DNA of 64,000 nt from Methanomassiliicoccales archaeon (GCA_013415695.1 JAAEEP010000001.1:68621-132620); one strand, 5' to 3'; shown: positions 8,864 through 18,440, numbered from the stretch's first letter. Notes: generated by a model from the letters alone, not told the origin. Numbers and translations: made by a program.

Positions 8864-10801
8864 ATGGACATCATAGATTTCGCATGGCTAATACCGGTAC
8901 TTCCACTCATCTCGTTTCTGATCGTAGGCCTGTTCGGGAAGAAAATGCCCGAGGGTGGCGGATACGTCGCAATCATCTTCTCCCTGGCTTCAATGGTACT
9001 GTCACTCCTGATCGCCATTCCGGTACTGAACGGTACATACGGAGGAGTGTACGAGCAGAGTGTAACCTGGCTCGTACTATCTGACGAGTACAAGCTTGAT
9101 ATTGGCATATACATCGACCAGCTGACAGCGCTGATGCTCATCGTTGTCTCTGTGATCAGCACCCTCGTGGTGATCTACTCCATAGGGTACATGCACAAGG
9201 AGGGGGAGCGGAAGCCAAGGTACTACGCCGAGATCTCCCTGTTCATCGGGGTAATGCTTGGACTGATCCTGGCGAACAACTATCTCTGGCTGTTCATCTT
9301 CTGGGAGCTTGTCGGCCTATGCTCATATCTACTAATAGGATTCTGGAACCACAAGCCATCCGCGGCTTCGGCTGCCAAGAAGGCGTTCCTGGTGACGAGG
9401 GTCGGAGACATCATGTTCATGATCGGTATCATCATCCTCTTCACCACATTCAAAACGCTGAACTTCAGCGATCTCTTTGCCATTGAGGCGACGGGGACGA
9501 ATCTCGAACTCCTGACGCTCGCCACCTTCTTCATCTTTGGCGGTGCAATAGGAAAGAGCGCCCAGTTCCCGCTGCATGATTGGTTGCCCGATGCGATGGA
9601 GGGCCCCACCACAGTGTCGGCTCTAATCCACGCAGCAACCATGGTCAAGGCGGGTGTGTACCTGGTGGCGAGGTCATATCCACTGTTCGTACAGTGCCCT
9701 GAGACACTGCTCATTGTAGCGATAATCGGTGGCGTGACCGCGATATTCGCGGCATCCATGGCGCTTAACAATCCCAATATCAAACGGGTGCTCGCATACT
9801 CGACCATCTCTCAATTGGGATACATGATCCTAGCCCTTGGAGCAGGAGGCTACTTCTTCTACTATGGGAACCCGGCTGACGGTTACACGGCGGGCATGTT
9901 CCACCTAATGAACCATGCGTTCTTCAAGGCCTTGCTCTTCCTTTGCGCCGGGTCCGTAATACACGCTGTGGGAACAGAGGACATGCGACTGATGGGTGGT
10001 TTGCACAAGAAAATGAAGATCACATCATTTGCCATGCTCATAGGCGCCCTATCCATCTCTGGGATACCGATATTAAGCGGTTTCTGGAGCAAGGATGAGA
10101 TATTAGCGGCAGTCTTCGAAACAGGAGAAGTCAATTCCATATTCCTTCTGCTCTGGCTAATGGGCATCGTGACCGCGTTCATGACCGCATTCTACATGTT
10201 CAGACTGTGGTTCATGACATTCGCAGGAAAGGAGGGCGAGGTGTCAAAGCACGCTCACGAGTCCCCGAAGGTAATGACCGGACCCCTCGTGACTCTCGCT
10301 ATCTTCGCTGCGTTCTCTGGACTGGCTGTGCTCTTTGGTTTCGGACAGGTCATCTACTTCGGCCACCCCCATCACGCCGATGCGATAGAGATACTAACCG
10401 AGGTCTTCACCTCCCCGCTCACATACCTATCGATATTACTGGCAGTGCTAGGAGTTGTGCTTGCTTACCTAGTGTATTGCAAGAAGATCATCTCTTCAGA
10501 TTTCTTCGTCTCCTCACCCGGAACGAAGAGGATGCACAAGCTGCTACTGGACAGATACGGCTTTACTTGGGGATACAACGCCTTCGCGGAGAAGGTAGTT
10601 TACGGATTCGCCAAGGTTGTAGACAAATTCGACCAGAAGGGCATTGACGGCGTGGTCAACGGAATCAGCAATGTAATCGTTGGATTCGGACAGCGCTTCA
10701 GAAAAGTTCAGAGCGGAATGGTACAAGGATACGCCACGGTGGTGGTGGCAGGTATCGTGGCAATATTGCTGATACTATACATCACAGGAGTACTGGGGTG
10801 A
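8864..10801 (+). CDS. nuoL: Nuo/Fpo-like complex subunit L (ND5, antiporter-like)
   Basis: 645 aa polytopic. Motifs WELVGLCSYLLIGFW and GKSAQFPLHDWLPDAMEGPT, plus a long C-terminal lateral-helix region. Confidence 0.9.
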   Translation: MDIIDFAWLIPVLPLISFLIVGLFGKKMPEGGGYVAIIFSLASMVLSLLIAIPVLNGTYGGVYEQSVTWLVLSDEYKLDIGIYIDQLTALMLIVVSVISTLVVIYSIGYMHKEGERKPRYYAEISLFIGVMLGLILANNYLWLFIFWELVGLCSYLLIGFWNHKPSAASAAKKAFLVTRVGDIMFMIGIIILFTTFKTLNFSDLFAIEATGTNLELLTLATFFIFGGAIGKSAQFPLHDWLPDAMEGPTTVSALIHAATMVKAGVYLVARSYPLFVQCPETLLIVAIIGGVTAIFAASMALNNPNIKRVLAYSTISQLGYMILALGAGGYFFYYGNPADGYTAGMFHLMNHAFFKALLFLCAGSVIHAVGTEDMRLMGGLHKKMKITSFAMLIGALSISGIPILSGFWSKDEILAAVFETGEVNSIFLLLWLMGIVTAFMTAFYMFRLWFMTFAGKEGEVSKHAHESPKVMTGPLVTLAIFAAFSGLAVLFGFGQVIYFGHPHHADAIEILTEVFTSPLTYLSILLAVLGVVLAYLVYCKKIISSDFFVSSPGTKRMHKLLLDRYGFTWGYNAFAEKVVYGFAKVVDKFDQKGIDGVVNGISNVIVGFGQRFRKVQSGMVQGYATVVVAGIVAILLILYITGVLG

Positions 10802-10805
10802 TACC

Positions 10806-12311
10806 ATGTTCGATGACATACCAATACTATCAATCATCGTCTTTCTTCCACTGATAGGCGCAGTGATCGCCTTCGCCCTAGGCAACAACAAGAGGATGGC
10901 AAAGCTCATCGCCCTGATATTCTCGGCGATTACGCTTCTTCTCTCGCTCCTGCTACTCACTGAGTTTAACATGAGCACCGGGACTTTCCAATTCACGGAA
11001 AGCTATACCTGGATAGAGACGCTCGGAATCAGTTACAGCTTGGGTGTTGATGGAATAGGCCTGCTGATGGTCATTCTGACAACACTACTCTGTTTCCTGG
11101 CCATCCTATTCTCATGGGATGTAGAAAAGAGGACCCACGAGTACATGGGCCTCATGCTGGTGTTGGAAGTAGGAGTGCTGGGCGTATTCATGTCCCTGGA
11201 TTACTTCCTCTTCTACATCTTCTGGGAGGTCGTCCTCATCCCGATGTTCTTCCTGATAGGCATCTGGGGAGGACCCAGGAAGGAATACGCAGCCATCAAG
11301 TTCTTCATCTATACACATGTGGCGAGTCTGGCCATGCTCATAGCAATACTGGCCATGTACTTCGAGGCCAAACCCATGCTGGAGTCGCTGATAGGCCATG
11401 CAAGCTTTGGGATGCTCGACATCGCCTTGGTAAGCGGAAACTTCAGCTACATATTCCAGGTAGCCGTGTTCGGCGCGCTCTTCTTCGGTTTCGGAGTCAA
11501 GATGCCAATCGTGCCTTTCCATACTTGGCTACCAGACGCTCATGTGGAGGCACCAACTGCGGGATCGGTGCTTCTAGCCGGTCTCCTCCTTAAGATGGGA
11601 GCATACGGTCTGGTTAGAATTGCACTGCCGACACTTCCTGAAGGCGCAGAAGCTTTCGTTCCCATTATGCTGGCTATAGCGATATTATCCATATTGTACG
11701 GAGCGTTCGCCTCTCTAGCTCAAAGGGATCTGAAGAAGATGGTTGCGTTCTCTTCAATCAGTCACATGGGCATCGTACTGTTAGGATTCGCTACTCTATC
11801 TGAGATTGGAATCGCAGCAGGTGTGTTCCAGATGTTCGCCCACGGTCTCATCACAGCTGTACTGTTCATGATGTGCGGTGTCGTGCAGCATAAAGCGGGC
11901 ACGAGGGAGATACCACTTCTCGGTGGCCTTGCTCCAAAGATCCCAATCGCGGCTACTTTCATGACTATTGGGTTCTTGGCATCGCTCGGCCTACCGGGAA
12001 TGGTTGGTTTCATCGCCGAGTTCTCGGTTTTCGCGGCAACATTCGATGCCTTCGGATGGTTGCTGATCCTGCCGATCATTAGCGTTGCTATCACTGCTGG
12101 TTATTATCTTTGGGCGCTGCAGAGGACTATGTTCGGACCACTCACGGATAAGATAAATCTGTCTCATTTGAAGGATGTCAGCTGGTACGAAGCTGCCCCG
12201 TTGGCGGTTCTTTGCATCCTGATCGTGGTCTTCGGACTCCTTCCGGGATTGGCGTTCGACATGATCAGACCAGCGACTGAGATCGTGACAGGTCTACTGG
12301 GGGTGATCTGA
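10806..12311 (+). CDS. nuoM: Nuo/Fpo-like complex subunit M (ND4, antiporter-like)
   Basis: 501 aa with VKMPIVPFHTWLPDAHVEAPTAGS. GGGGTGAT SD upstream. Confidence 0.9.
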   Translation: MFDDIPILSIIVFLPLIGAVIAFALGNNKRMAKLIALIFSAITLLLSLLLLTEFNMSTGTFQFTESYTWIETLGISYSLGVDGIGLLMVILTTLLCFLAILFSWDVEKRTHEYMGLMLVLEVGVLGVFMSLDYFLFYIFWEVVLIPMFFLIGIWGGPRKEYAAIKFFIYTHVASLAMLIAILAMYFEAKPMLESLIGHASFGMLDIALVSGNFSYIFQVAVFGALFFGFGVKMPIVPFHTWLPDAHVEAPTAGSVLLAGLLLKMGAYGLVRIALPTLPEGAEAFVPIMLAIAILSILYGAFASLAQRDLKKMVAFSSISHMGIVLLGFATLSEIGIAAGVFQMFAHGLITAVLFMMCGVVQHKAGTREIPLLGGLAPKIPIAATFMTIGFLASLGLPGMVGFIAEFSVFAATFDAFGWLLILPIISVAITAGYYLWALQRTMFGPLTDKINLSHLKDVSWYEAAPLAVLCILIVVFGLLPGLAFDMIRPATEIVTGLLGVI

Positions 12312-12312
12312 G

Positions 12313-13755
12313 ATGGATCTAACGGCTGTACTTCCTGAGATCATCATGATCATCTTCGCAGCGGTCCTTCCAGCGGTATACCTGGGAACCAAGAACGACA
12401 AGATGGTCGCTGGCATATCAATTGCAGGCATCTTGATAGCAATGGCCACTGTGGGCCAGTTCCTCTGGAACGGCGCTTCCCCGGTGGTGTTCGAGAATCT
12501 GCTGCAGCTGGACGCGTTCTCTGCACTCTTCATGCTAGTGTTCCTGATCGTTGCCCTTTACGTGGTGATAGCGTCTGTCAGATACATTGAGAAAGAGAGG
12601 CACCTAGCCGAGTACTACACGCTGATCATGTTCGCAACGGTCGGTATGATGGTGGTGGCCTCCGCCACTGATCTCATCACCCTGTTCGTTGGAATAGAGC
12701 TCACTAGTCTCTCTTCATTCGCTCTTGTGGGATTCCGCAAGAAGGACAAGCGCGGAGCGGAGGCGGCGACCAAGTACTTCGTGATCGGTGGTCTTTCCTC
12801 TGCGATCTCCCTGTACGGCATTTCACTGCTGTACGGAGTGACCCATACGACCAACATCGCAGAGATTGGGGCGGTCGTTGGAGACATCACTGGATTGGGA
12901 CCCGCATTGTACATTTCATTGGTGATGCTTATCGCCGGATTCGGGTTCAAGGTCGCGATCGTACCCTTCCACATGTGGGCACCTGATGTGTACGAGGGCG
13001 CTCCTACCCCAATAGCCTCGTTCCTGGCAGCAGGTTCCAAGAAGATGGGTCTTGTAGCGCTGTTCAAGATCTTCCTGATAGGGCTCTTTGCCATCAAGGC
13101 CGATTGGGAAATAGCGGTGGCAGTCATTGCCATTGCCACCATGACCCTTGGTAATATCATGGCCGTGAACCAGACCAGCATCAAGAGGATGTTGGCCTAC
13201 TCAAGTATCGCTCAGGCAGGATACATACTAATCGTGCTTCCCATAGGCACTGACTACGCCCTGATGGGTGGGATATTCCACATCATCACCCATGCCTTCA
13301 TGAAGGGAGGCGCCTTCCTCATCGTGGCCGGTCTTTCGATGTCCGCTCTTGGGGAGAATATCGCTGATTACAAGGGACTGGCAAAGCGCACTCCCTTGCT
13401 GGCTCTGGGCATGGCGATACTTCTGTTCGCTCTTGCTGGAATACCCCCATTATCGGGATTCGCCAGTAAGGTCGTACTGTTCTCCAGTGCAGTGGACGCC
13501 TCGATGATACCTGCTGACAATTGGATGATCTGGCTAGCCATCGCTGGTGTGCTCAACAGTGCCTTGTCCTTGTACTACTACGCTCGAGTGGTCAAGTACA
13601 TGTATGTTGAGAAGGGTCCGGAAAGCAAGATCAGGATTCCAACAACTGTGGCCATAGCCATATTCATCTGCGTGGTGGCGACTGTGATTATTGGAATATA
13701 TCCCGAACCCATCGTCGATGCCTGCCAGGCAGCGGCAACAGCGTTCTTCGCTTGA
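12313..13755 (+). CDS. nuoN: Nuo/Fpo-like complex subunit N (ND2, antiporter-like)
   Basis: 480 aa with FKVAIVPFHMWAPDVYEGAPTP. Last gene of the operon. Confidence 0.9.
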   Translation: MDLTAVLPEIIMIIFAAVLPAVYLGTKNDKMVAGISIAGILIAMATVGQFLWNGASPVVFENLLQLDAFSALFMLVFLIVALYVVIASVRYIEKERHLAEYYTLIMFATVGMMVVASATDLITLFVGIELTSLSSFALVGFRKKDKRGAEAATKYFVIGGLSSAISLYGISLLYGVTHTTNIAEIGAVVGDITGLGPALYISLVMLIAGFGFKVAIVPFHMWAPDVYEGAPTPIASFLAAGSKKMGLVALFKIFLIGLFAIKADWEIAVAVIAIATMTLGNIMAVNQTSIKRMLAYSSIAQAGYILIVLPIGTDYALMGGIFHIITHAFMKGGAFLIVAGLSMSALGENIADYKGLAKRTPLLALGMAILLFALAGIPPLSGFASKVVLFSSAVDASMIPADNWMIWLAIAGVLNSALSLYYYARVVKYMYVEKGPESKIRIPTTVAIAIFICVVATVIIGIYPEPIVDACQAAATAFFA

Positions 13756-13764
13756 ATAAACCCC

Positions 13765-13793
13765 TTTTCCTCTTTTCTAATTATTTCATTTCT
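13765..13793 (+). terminator. T-rich tract after nuoN (candidate archaeal oligo-T terminator)
   Basis: CTTTTCCTCTTTTCTAATTATTTCATTTC lies immediately after the nuoN stop, followed by a 150-nt gap. Confidence 0.3.
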
Positions 13794-13906
13794 TACATCA
13801 TCAGGACAAAACATCCCTCAATACAGCGGATTACTGGCTTCACTTTCTCCTCATACGGCTGATAGTACTCTAGTAACGGTTAAGTACGGATTCATCATTA
13901 GGCGAA

Positions 13907-14875
13907 ATGATGCCCCTTAGCTGGGATGAACCAATCTCAGAAGAACTGCTGATGGTGGAGAATGAGATCCGCCGGAACGTGCAGTCTCAACAGGAGATGC
14001 TCACCGAAATCTCCATGCACATCATAGGCTCAGGTGGCAAGAGAATCAGGCCTGGAGTATCCCTTTTGGCATATCACGCTGTAGGGGGGCAGAAACCAGA
14101 CGAGATCATAGGTATCGCGGCCGCCTTCGAGATTATTCACTCCGCCACGCTCATCCATGACGACATCAACGATGGAGGGCATACCAGACGAGGTGTGGTA
14201 ACCGCTTACAGGAAGTATGGTGTCCAGCAAGCCCTGATAGCGGGCGATTTCCTTTTCGTGAAAGGGTTCAGACTCGGAGGAAGTCTAGGCCAGGAACTTG
14301 TGGACGTGATAGCCGACGCCTGCACTGGAATGGCGGAGAGCGAGATATTACAAGGCCAATACGAGAAGAACCCTTCGACATCGTTGGATGTTTATATCAA
14401 GATAATCAAAGGGAAAACTGCGAAGCCGTTCGAAGCGGGTGCCCGAACCGGGGCAACACTAGGTGGGGGTTCATCTGAGCAGGTGAATGCCTTGGGATTG
14501 TTCGGTCTCAACCTGGGGATCGCATTTCAGATCATCGATGATATCCTAGATATTACGGGTGACGCGTCGGTTCTTGGAAAGCCCAGGGGAATGGACTTCT
14601 TGGAGGGAAAGCCGACCCTGCCTCTGATACTCGCACTGAACAACGGCTGCAATGGTCTGAGACTCAAGGAGCTTTTCGTCAAGAAAGAGAAGGATACTGA
14701 AGAGATAGAAGAGGTGCTTGAGTACCTCTCCCATTCTGACGTCTTGGAGGAAGCCAGGAGATACGCTCGTACCTACGCTTCGAATGCGGTTGACTCGCTT
14801 GATATCATCGCCGAGTCGGAATATAAGGAAGCACTCATCAAACTGGCCGATAAAGTTGTAAAAAGGAATTTCTAA
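13907..14875 (+). CDS. trans-polyprenyl diphosphate synthase (chain length undetermined)
   Basis: 322 aa with both Asp-rich motifs (TLIHDDINDGG and FQIIDDILD). Small residues (A, T) at positions -5/-4 before the first motif. Confidence 0.9.
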   Translation: MMPLSWDEPISEELLMVENEIRRNVQSQQEMLTEISMHIIGSGGKRIRPGVSLLAYHAVGGQKPDEIIGIAAAFEIIHSATLIHDDINDGGHTRRGVVTAYRKYGVQQALIAGDFLFVKGFRLGGSLGQELVDVIADACTGMAESEILQGQYEKNPSTSLDVYIKIIKGKTAKPFEAGARTGATLGGGSSEQVNALGLFGLNLGIAFQIIDDILDITGDASVLGKPRGMDFLEGKPTLPLILALNNGCNGLRLKELFVKKEKDTEEIEEVLEYLSHSDVLEEARRYARTYASNAVDSLDIIAESEYKEALIKLADKVVKRNF

Positions 14876-14954
14876 TCTGGATTTGCTCAATATTCCCAAG
14901 AGGATGACGATGCTTGATCCTTGTTAGGATGGATTGGATCATGGAGATTCGGAT

Positions 14955-16037
14955 ATGATAGAGGATGCCGATGTTGTGGTTGTGGGAGCGGGACCAGCGG
15001 GAAGCACTGCGGCTGAGCATGCGGCCCTCAACGGTGCCGAGGTTGTCCTTCTCGAAAGACGAGAGGAAATCGGCTTACCGGTCAAGTGCGGCGAGTTCAT
15101 GCCCTCTGTGAGTGAGATAAAGGGCATCTTTCCCATGGCTGATGAATTGGAGTCTCTTTTCGATTTGCCAAACGACCTAATCTCTCTTGAGACCCGTTTG
15201 ATAAGAATCTGGTCGCCCAAGCAGAAGAGTTTTGAGATACCGTTCTCAGGCTATACCACAGACCGGGATAGGTTCGATCAGTTTCTTGCTAGAAAGGCTG
15301 AGGATGCTGGAGTCAGAATAATCAGAGGATGTTCTTGTCAATCTGTAGAAGGTAATACGGTTATGACAGATAATGGACCGATCAGAGCAAAGGTCATAAT
15401 TGGGGCGGATGGTCCACTATCCCGGGTAGCTCGTTCGGTGGGGATTCCAAAGGCAAAGGACCTTTGCCCTGCAGTTACTGCCCAGACCAAGGGTGATTTC
15501 GAGGACGTATGCGAGATGTTCTTCGGTAGCATCGCCCCAGGTGCTTACGCCTGGATAATACCCAAGAAGAATGGTGCAAATGTGGGTCTTGGCATATCGC
15601 CCAGATTCGCCAAGAAGAGTGTCAAGGAGTATTTCTGGTCCTTCGTGGAGGAAAGGGGATTAGAAGTGGATCGGGTGAAGGGTAAGCACGTCCCAATGTC
15701 CGGACCGGTGAAACGATCTGTAGTTGGAAATACCTTGGTGGTGGGTGACGCCGCCGGGCATGTCATGGCAGTTAACGGGGGAGGAATTCCCATAGCGATG
15801 ATCTGTGGGAGGATAGCGGGCAAGTCAGCCGCCAAGACTGCTCTGAAAGGAGCATCGCTTGAACTCTACGAATCGATTTGGAAGAGGCAGGTGGAGAAAC
15901 CATTGAGGACTGCGGTTAGGTCCAAACGATGGGCGGACATATGCTGGGGGAGCCCTTTAAGGTTGGAGATGGCAATGACTTTTCTAGGCAAGCGGAGAAT
16001 GGGCAACATGATCCGCTGCAAGTCCGTCTTCCCCTAG
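14955..16037 (+). CDS. geranylgeranyl reductase family FAD-dependent oxidoreductase (paralogue 1)
   Basis: First ATG at 14955 (the track uses TTG at 14934). VVVVGAGPAGSTAA dinucleotide fold, GAYAWIIPK, and VGDAAGHVMAVNGGGI. Confidence 0.85.
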   Translation: MIEDADVVVVGAGPAGSTAAEHAALNGAEVVLLERREEIGLPVKCGEFMPSVSEIKGIFPMADELESLFDLPNDLISLETRLIRIWSPKQKSFEIPFSGYTTDRDRFDQFLARKAEDAGVRIIRGCSCQSVEGNTVMTDNGPIRAKVIIGADGPLSRVARSVGIPKAKDLCPAVTAQTKGDFEDVCEMFFGSIAPGAYAWIIPKKNGANVGLGISPRFAKKSVKEYFWSFVEERGLEVDRVKGKHVPMSGPVKRSVVGNTLVVGDAAGHVMAVNGGGIPIAMICGRIAGKSAAKTALKGASLELYESIWKRQVEKPLRTAVRSKRWADICWGSPLRLEMAMTFLGKRRMGNMIRCKSVFP

Positions 16038-16050
16038 GATCATCGGGATT

Positions 16051-16578
16051 ATGGCATTGCCTAACTCAATTGACTCAAGGATTATCACCATGGAATCAAC
16101 TACAAGGAAATCAGAGCTTCTCGAACAAAGGATAGGTTATTCATTCGAGGATCAGTCGCTCCTGGATAGGGCTTTGACCACCGTCTCGAAGGCCAACGAG
16201 ATGCGAAAGGATGGGGAACAACTGCCTTATGATGAGAAGCAGGAAGCCCTCGCAACGCTCGGTGATGGGGTTCTAAGGTTACTGGTAGTGGAATGGCTCA
16301 TCCTGGAAAAGCATATGAACAAGAAAGGACCAATTTCCAAGTTGACGGGAGATCTGGTGAGCCGGACGCACCTGGGGCTCTTGGCGGAGAAGCTAGCGCT
16401 TGAGGAGTTCGTTGTCTGGGGTGAAGGGGAGTTCAGAAGAGAGGAATGGCACCGTTCCACTAGGATGCTGGCAGAATGTCTTGAAGCCCTGGTTGGAGCC
16501 GTTTTTCTTGATGGGGGAATAAACAGCTGCAGAGAGATGCTGCTCCATGTGGGCTTCTTGAAGATGATTGACCCATGA
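16051..16578 (+). CDS. RNase III-domain protein without dsRBD
   Basis: 175 aa. N-terminal LEQRIGYSFEDQSLLDRALT, then signature-like EALATLGDGVL and ECLEALVGAVFLDGG. No C-terminal dsRNA-binding domain. Confidence 0.7.
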   Translation: MALPNSIDSRIITMESTTRKSELLEQRIGYSFEDQSLLDRALTTVSKANEMRKDGEQLPYDEKQEALATLGDGVLRLLVVEWLILEKHMNKKGPISKLTGDLVSRTHLGLLAEKLALEEFVVWGEGEFRREEWHRSTRMLAECLEALVGAVFLDGGINSCREMLLHVGFLKMIDP

Positions 16579-16580
16579 AG

Positions 16581-17045
16581 CTACTTCTTTGACCTGAAGG
16601 ACCTAAGGGGCGCTCCGCAGATCGGGCAGTCCTTATGGAGATCTCTCCATATTCGTCCACAACCAGTGCACTTGTACCGCCATCTTAACTTCTTGCTTAT
16701 TCCCTTCTTGCCTGCGGGTACGAACGCGATCCCCATATGTGATGCTAGATTCTGGATGGAGTAATCATCAGACATCAGGGTTGCTTCCAGCTCGAACGCC
16801 AATGCTAACAATTCGAGATCTACCGGGGAGAGTCTAGCATCATCCCCGGTTTCTATTGCAGCTACCCCCACCGCATCGAGACTCTCCTTGGATGGGGTCA
16901 ATATATTAAGTAGCTCAGAAAGGAAAGGAATCCTATTGTCGTTATGTGCCTCCAGCTCTCTCAAAACACCTGGTGATGTATACACCTCACCGATTGGCAT
17001 CTCCTGAAGTAGGAAAAGTGCGGATGCATCAAGTACCCATCTCAC
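16581..17045 (-). CDS. nob1: Nob1-like PIN-domain endonuclease with C-terminal zinc ribbon
   Basis: 154 aa. PIN start MRWVLDASALF, and C-terminal CTGCGRIW...CPICGAPL. Confidence 0.8.
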   Translation of the reverse strand: MRWVLDASALFLLQEMPIGEVYTSPGVLRELEAHNDNRIPFLSELLNILTPSKESLDAVGVAAIETGDDARLSPVDLELLALAFELEATLMSDDYSIQNLASHMGIAFVPAGKKGISKKLRWRYKCTGCGRIWRDLHKDCPICGAPLRSFRSKK

Positions 17046-17142
17046 GACCCAGGATAGTAAGTGTCCCCACTTATCATTTACTTCGAAAAGGATGCCTTCA
17101 ATTCAAATAGCGTTAAATATGGGTAGTCCATAGCCAGGCGAG

Positions 17143-17403
17143 ATGAAGGACATCGCGATCGAGCCTGAGGTCGTCGATTACATTACTCATCACGGAAGGG
17201 ATTTCCGTCTCTCGACCTCATGTTATGGTCCAGTAATAGTTCCTCTGGAGGTAAAGCCTCCCAAGGAGACAGACCTTAGAATCCAGGTGAATGGTAATAT
17301 TCTATACGTATCTAGGGTACAAGCAAGATACATAGATCGAATTACCAAGAGAATGCTATGCGATGTAGCCTATCTGAGGAGTTGTTCCGTCTTTAAGGAT
17401 TGA
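17143..17403 (+). CDS. hypothetical protein (86 aa)
   Basis: ORF only, with no recognised motif. Its 3' end overlaps the convergent ThiI-like gene by 11 nt. Confidence 0.4.
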   Translation: MKDIAIEPEVVDYITHHGRDFRLSTSCYGPVIVPLEVKPPKETDLRIQVNGNILYVSRVQARYIDRITKRMLCDVAYLRSCSVFKD

Positions 17404-18022
17404 CCTTTTCGATTCCGTTAAGTAAGGATTCGAGGGTTCCCTGAGGATCTAGGTTTGATTCCTCCCTGTTAATAGCCCTTATTTCGGCGGATGTCTGAGG
17501 TTTCTGGGGAACAAAGGGGCAGGAGGGAGTCTTCCTAATGGATTGTTCGTATGTGCCTACATCTCTTCCCACAGCCTCAATCTCGAGTTTATCCAAGCCG
17601 ATAAGGGGCCTTAAAACGGGAAATTCAAGCCCTCGTTGCTCAACCAGTATATTCTGCAAGGTCTGGGATGCTACTTGGCCCAGGGAGTCTCCAGTTATGA
17701 TGGCCTCTGCACCCTCCCTCAGTGCAAAATCCCTGGCCGTCCTCAACATGTATCTCTTGCAAAGCACGCATTGAAAGCTACTTCCACATCGCTCCCTTAT
17801 TCTTTGCTGCATTCTGAAATAAGGGGCGGTATAAAGCGGCATACTGGTTTCTGTCACCTTTCTGAGAACATCAGCAAGATCCTTGACTATCTCCAAAATC
17901 CTATGATCACTAGAACCAAAGTTGTCCATGTGAAGGAGCAGTATCTCTGCTCCTCTAGAGGCCATTAGATAGGCGGCTACTGGAGAGTCAATCCCGCTTG
18001 ACAGCAGACATACGGCCTTCAT
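17393..18022 (-). CDS. ThiI-like PP-loop ATP pyrophosphatase (no THUMP/NFLD domains)
   Basis: 209 aa. PP-loop LSSGIDSPVA at the N-terminus, then CVLCKR and GDSLGQVASQT as in the ThiI adenylation domain. Confidence 0.8.
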   Translation of the reverse strand: MKAVCLLSSGIDSPVAAYLMASRGAEILLLHMDNFGSSDHRILEIVKDLADVLRKVTETSMPLYTAPYFRMQQRIRERCGSSFQCVLCKRYMLRTARDFALREGAEAIITGDSLGQVASQTLQNILVEQRGLEFPVLRPLIGLDKLEIEAVGRDVGTYEQSIRKTPSCPFVPQKPQTSAEIRAINREESNLDPQGTLESLLNGIEKVNP

Positions 18023-18218
18023 TCTACCTTCCTAAGGAGCAAGATATGAGATGGTCAATGTAAAAACCTTGCACTGAGTGGCCTATCTTAAACTTGCATC
18101 AATAATACTTTATCAGCCATATTCAACAGTATCAGAATAAATGGTGCCCTCTTTTTCAGAATATTAAGGGTGAACCCTTCTCGTGCCTGGATTAGGCTAT
18201 TAGTTGAAAGAAAAAGTT

Positions 18219-18440
18219 TCAGGTATTGAACCGGGGAGTCTCGCCGGATCCCAACTCAGGGAATCCTAGGAAGTCCTCCTCATCATCGGTTTCAGAGTCG
18301 ACAACCATGTTGAATAACATGCCGACGATCTCCTTCATCTGCCGTAGTTCACTCTTGAGTTCGTCAATCTCGCGAACCAGGTCTTCTGTGGATTTCTTCA
18401 TCGAGTTTACCCTATCCTGCCTAATCGCTATGGGGGTCAT
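18219..18440 (-). CDS. hypothetical small acidic coiled-coil protein
   Basis: 73-aa ORF (internal Met at codon 14) with a heptad-like EDLVREIDELKSELRQMKEIV and an acidic tail. No homology recognised. Confidence 0.35.
   Translation of the reverse strand: MTPIAIRQDRVNSMKKSTEDLVREIDELKSELRQMKEIVGMLFNMVVDSETDDEEDFLGFPELGSGETPRFNT

Noticed and set aside
12615-13184. 189-aa minus-strand ORF, plus similar ones across nuoL/M/N (9280-9807, 11762-12094, 8746-9162)
   Set aside because: These are antisense shadows of strongly supported membrane-subunit genes.
18166-18179. 14-nt palindrome AAGGGTGAACCCTT downstream of the 73-aa ORF
   Set aside because: A 6-bp stem with a 2-nt loop is too tight for an RNA hairpin, no adjacent T-tract exists on the relevant strand, and it is a single occurrence.
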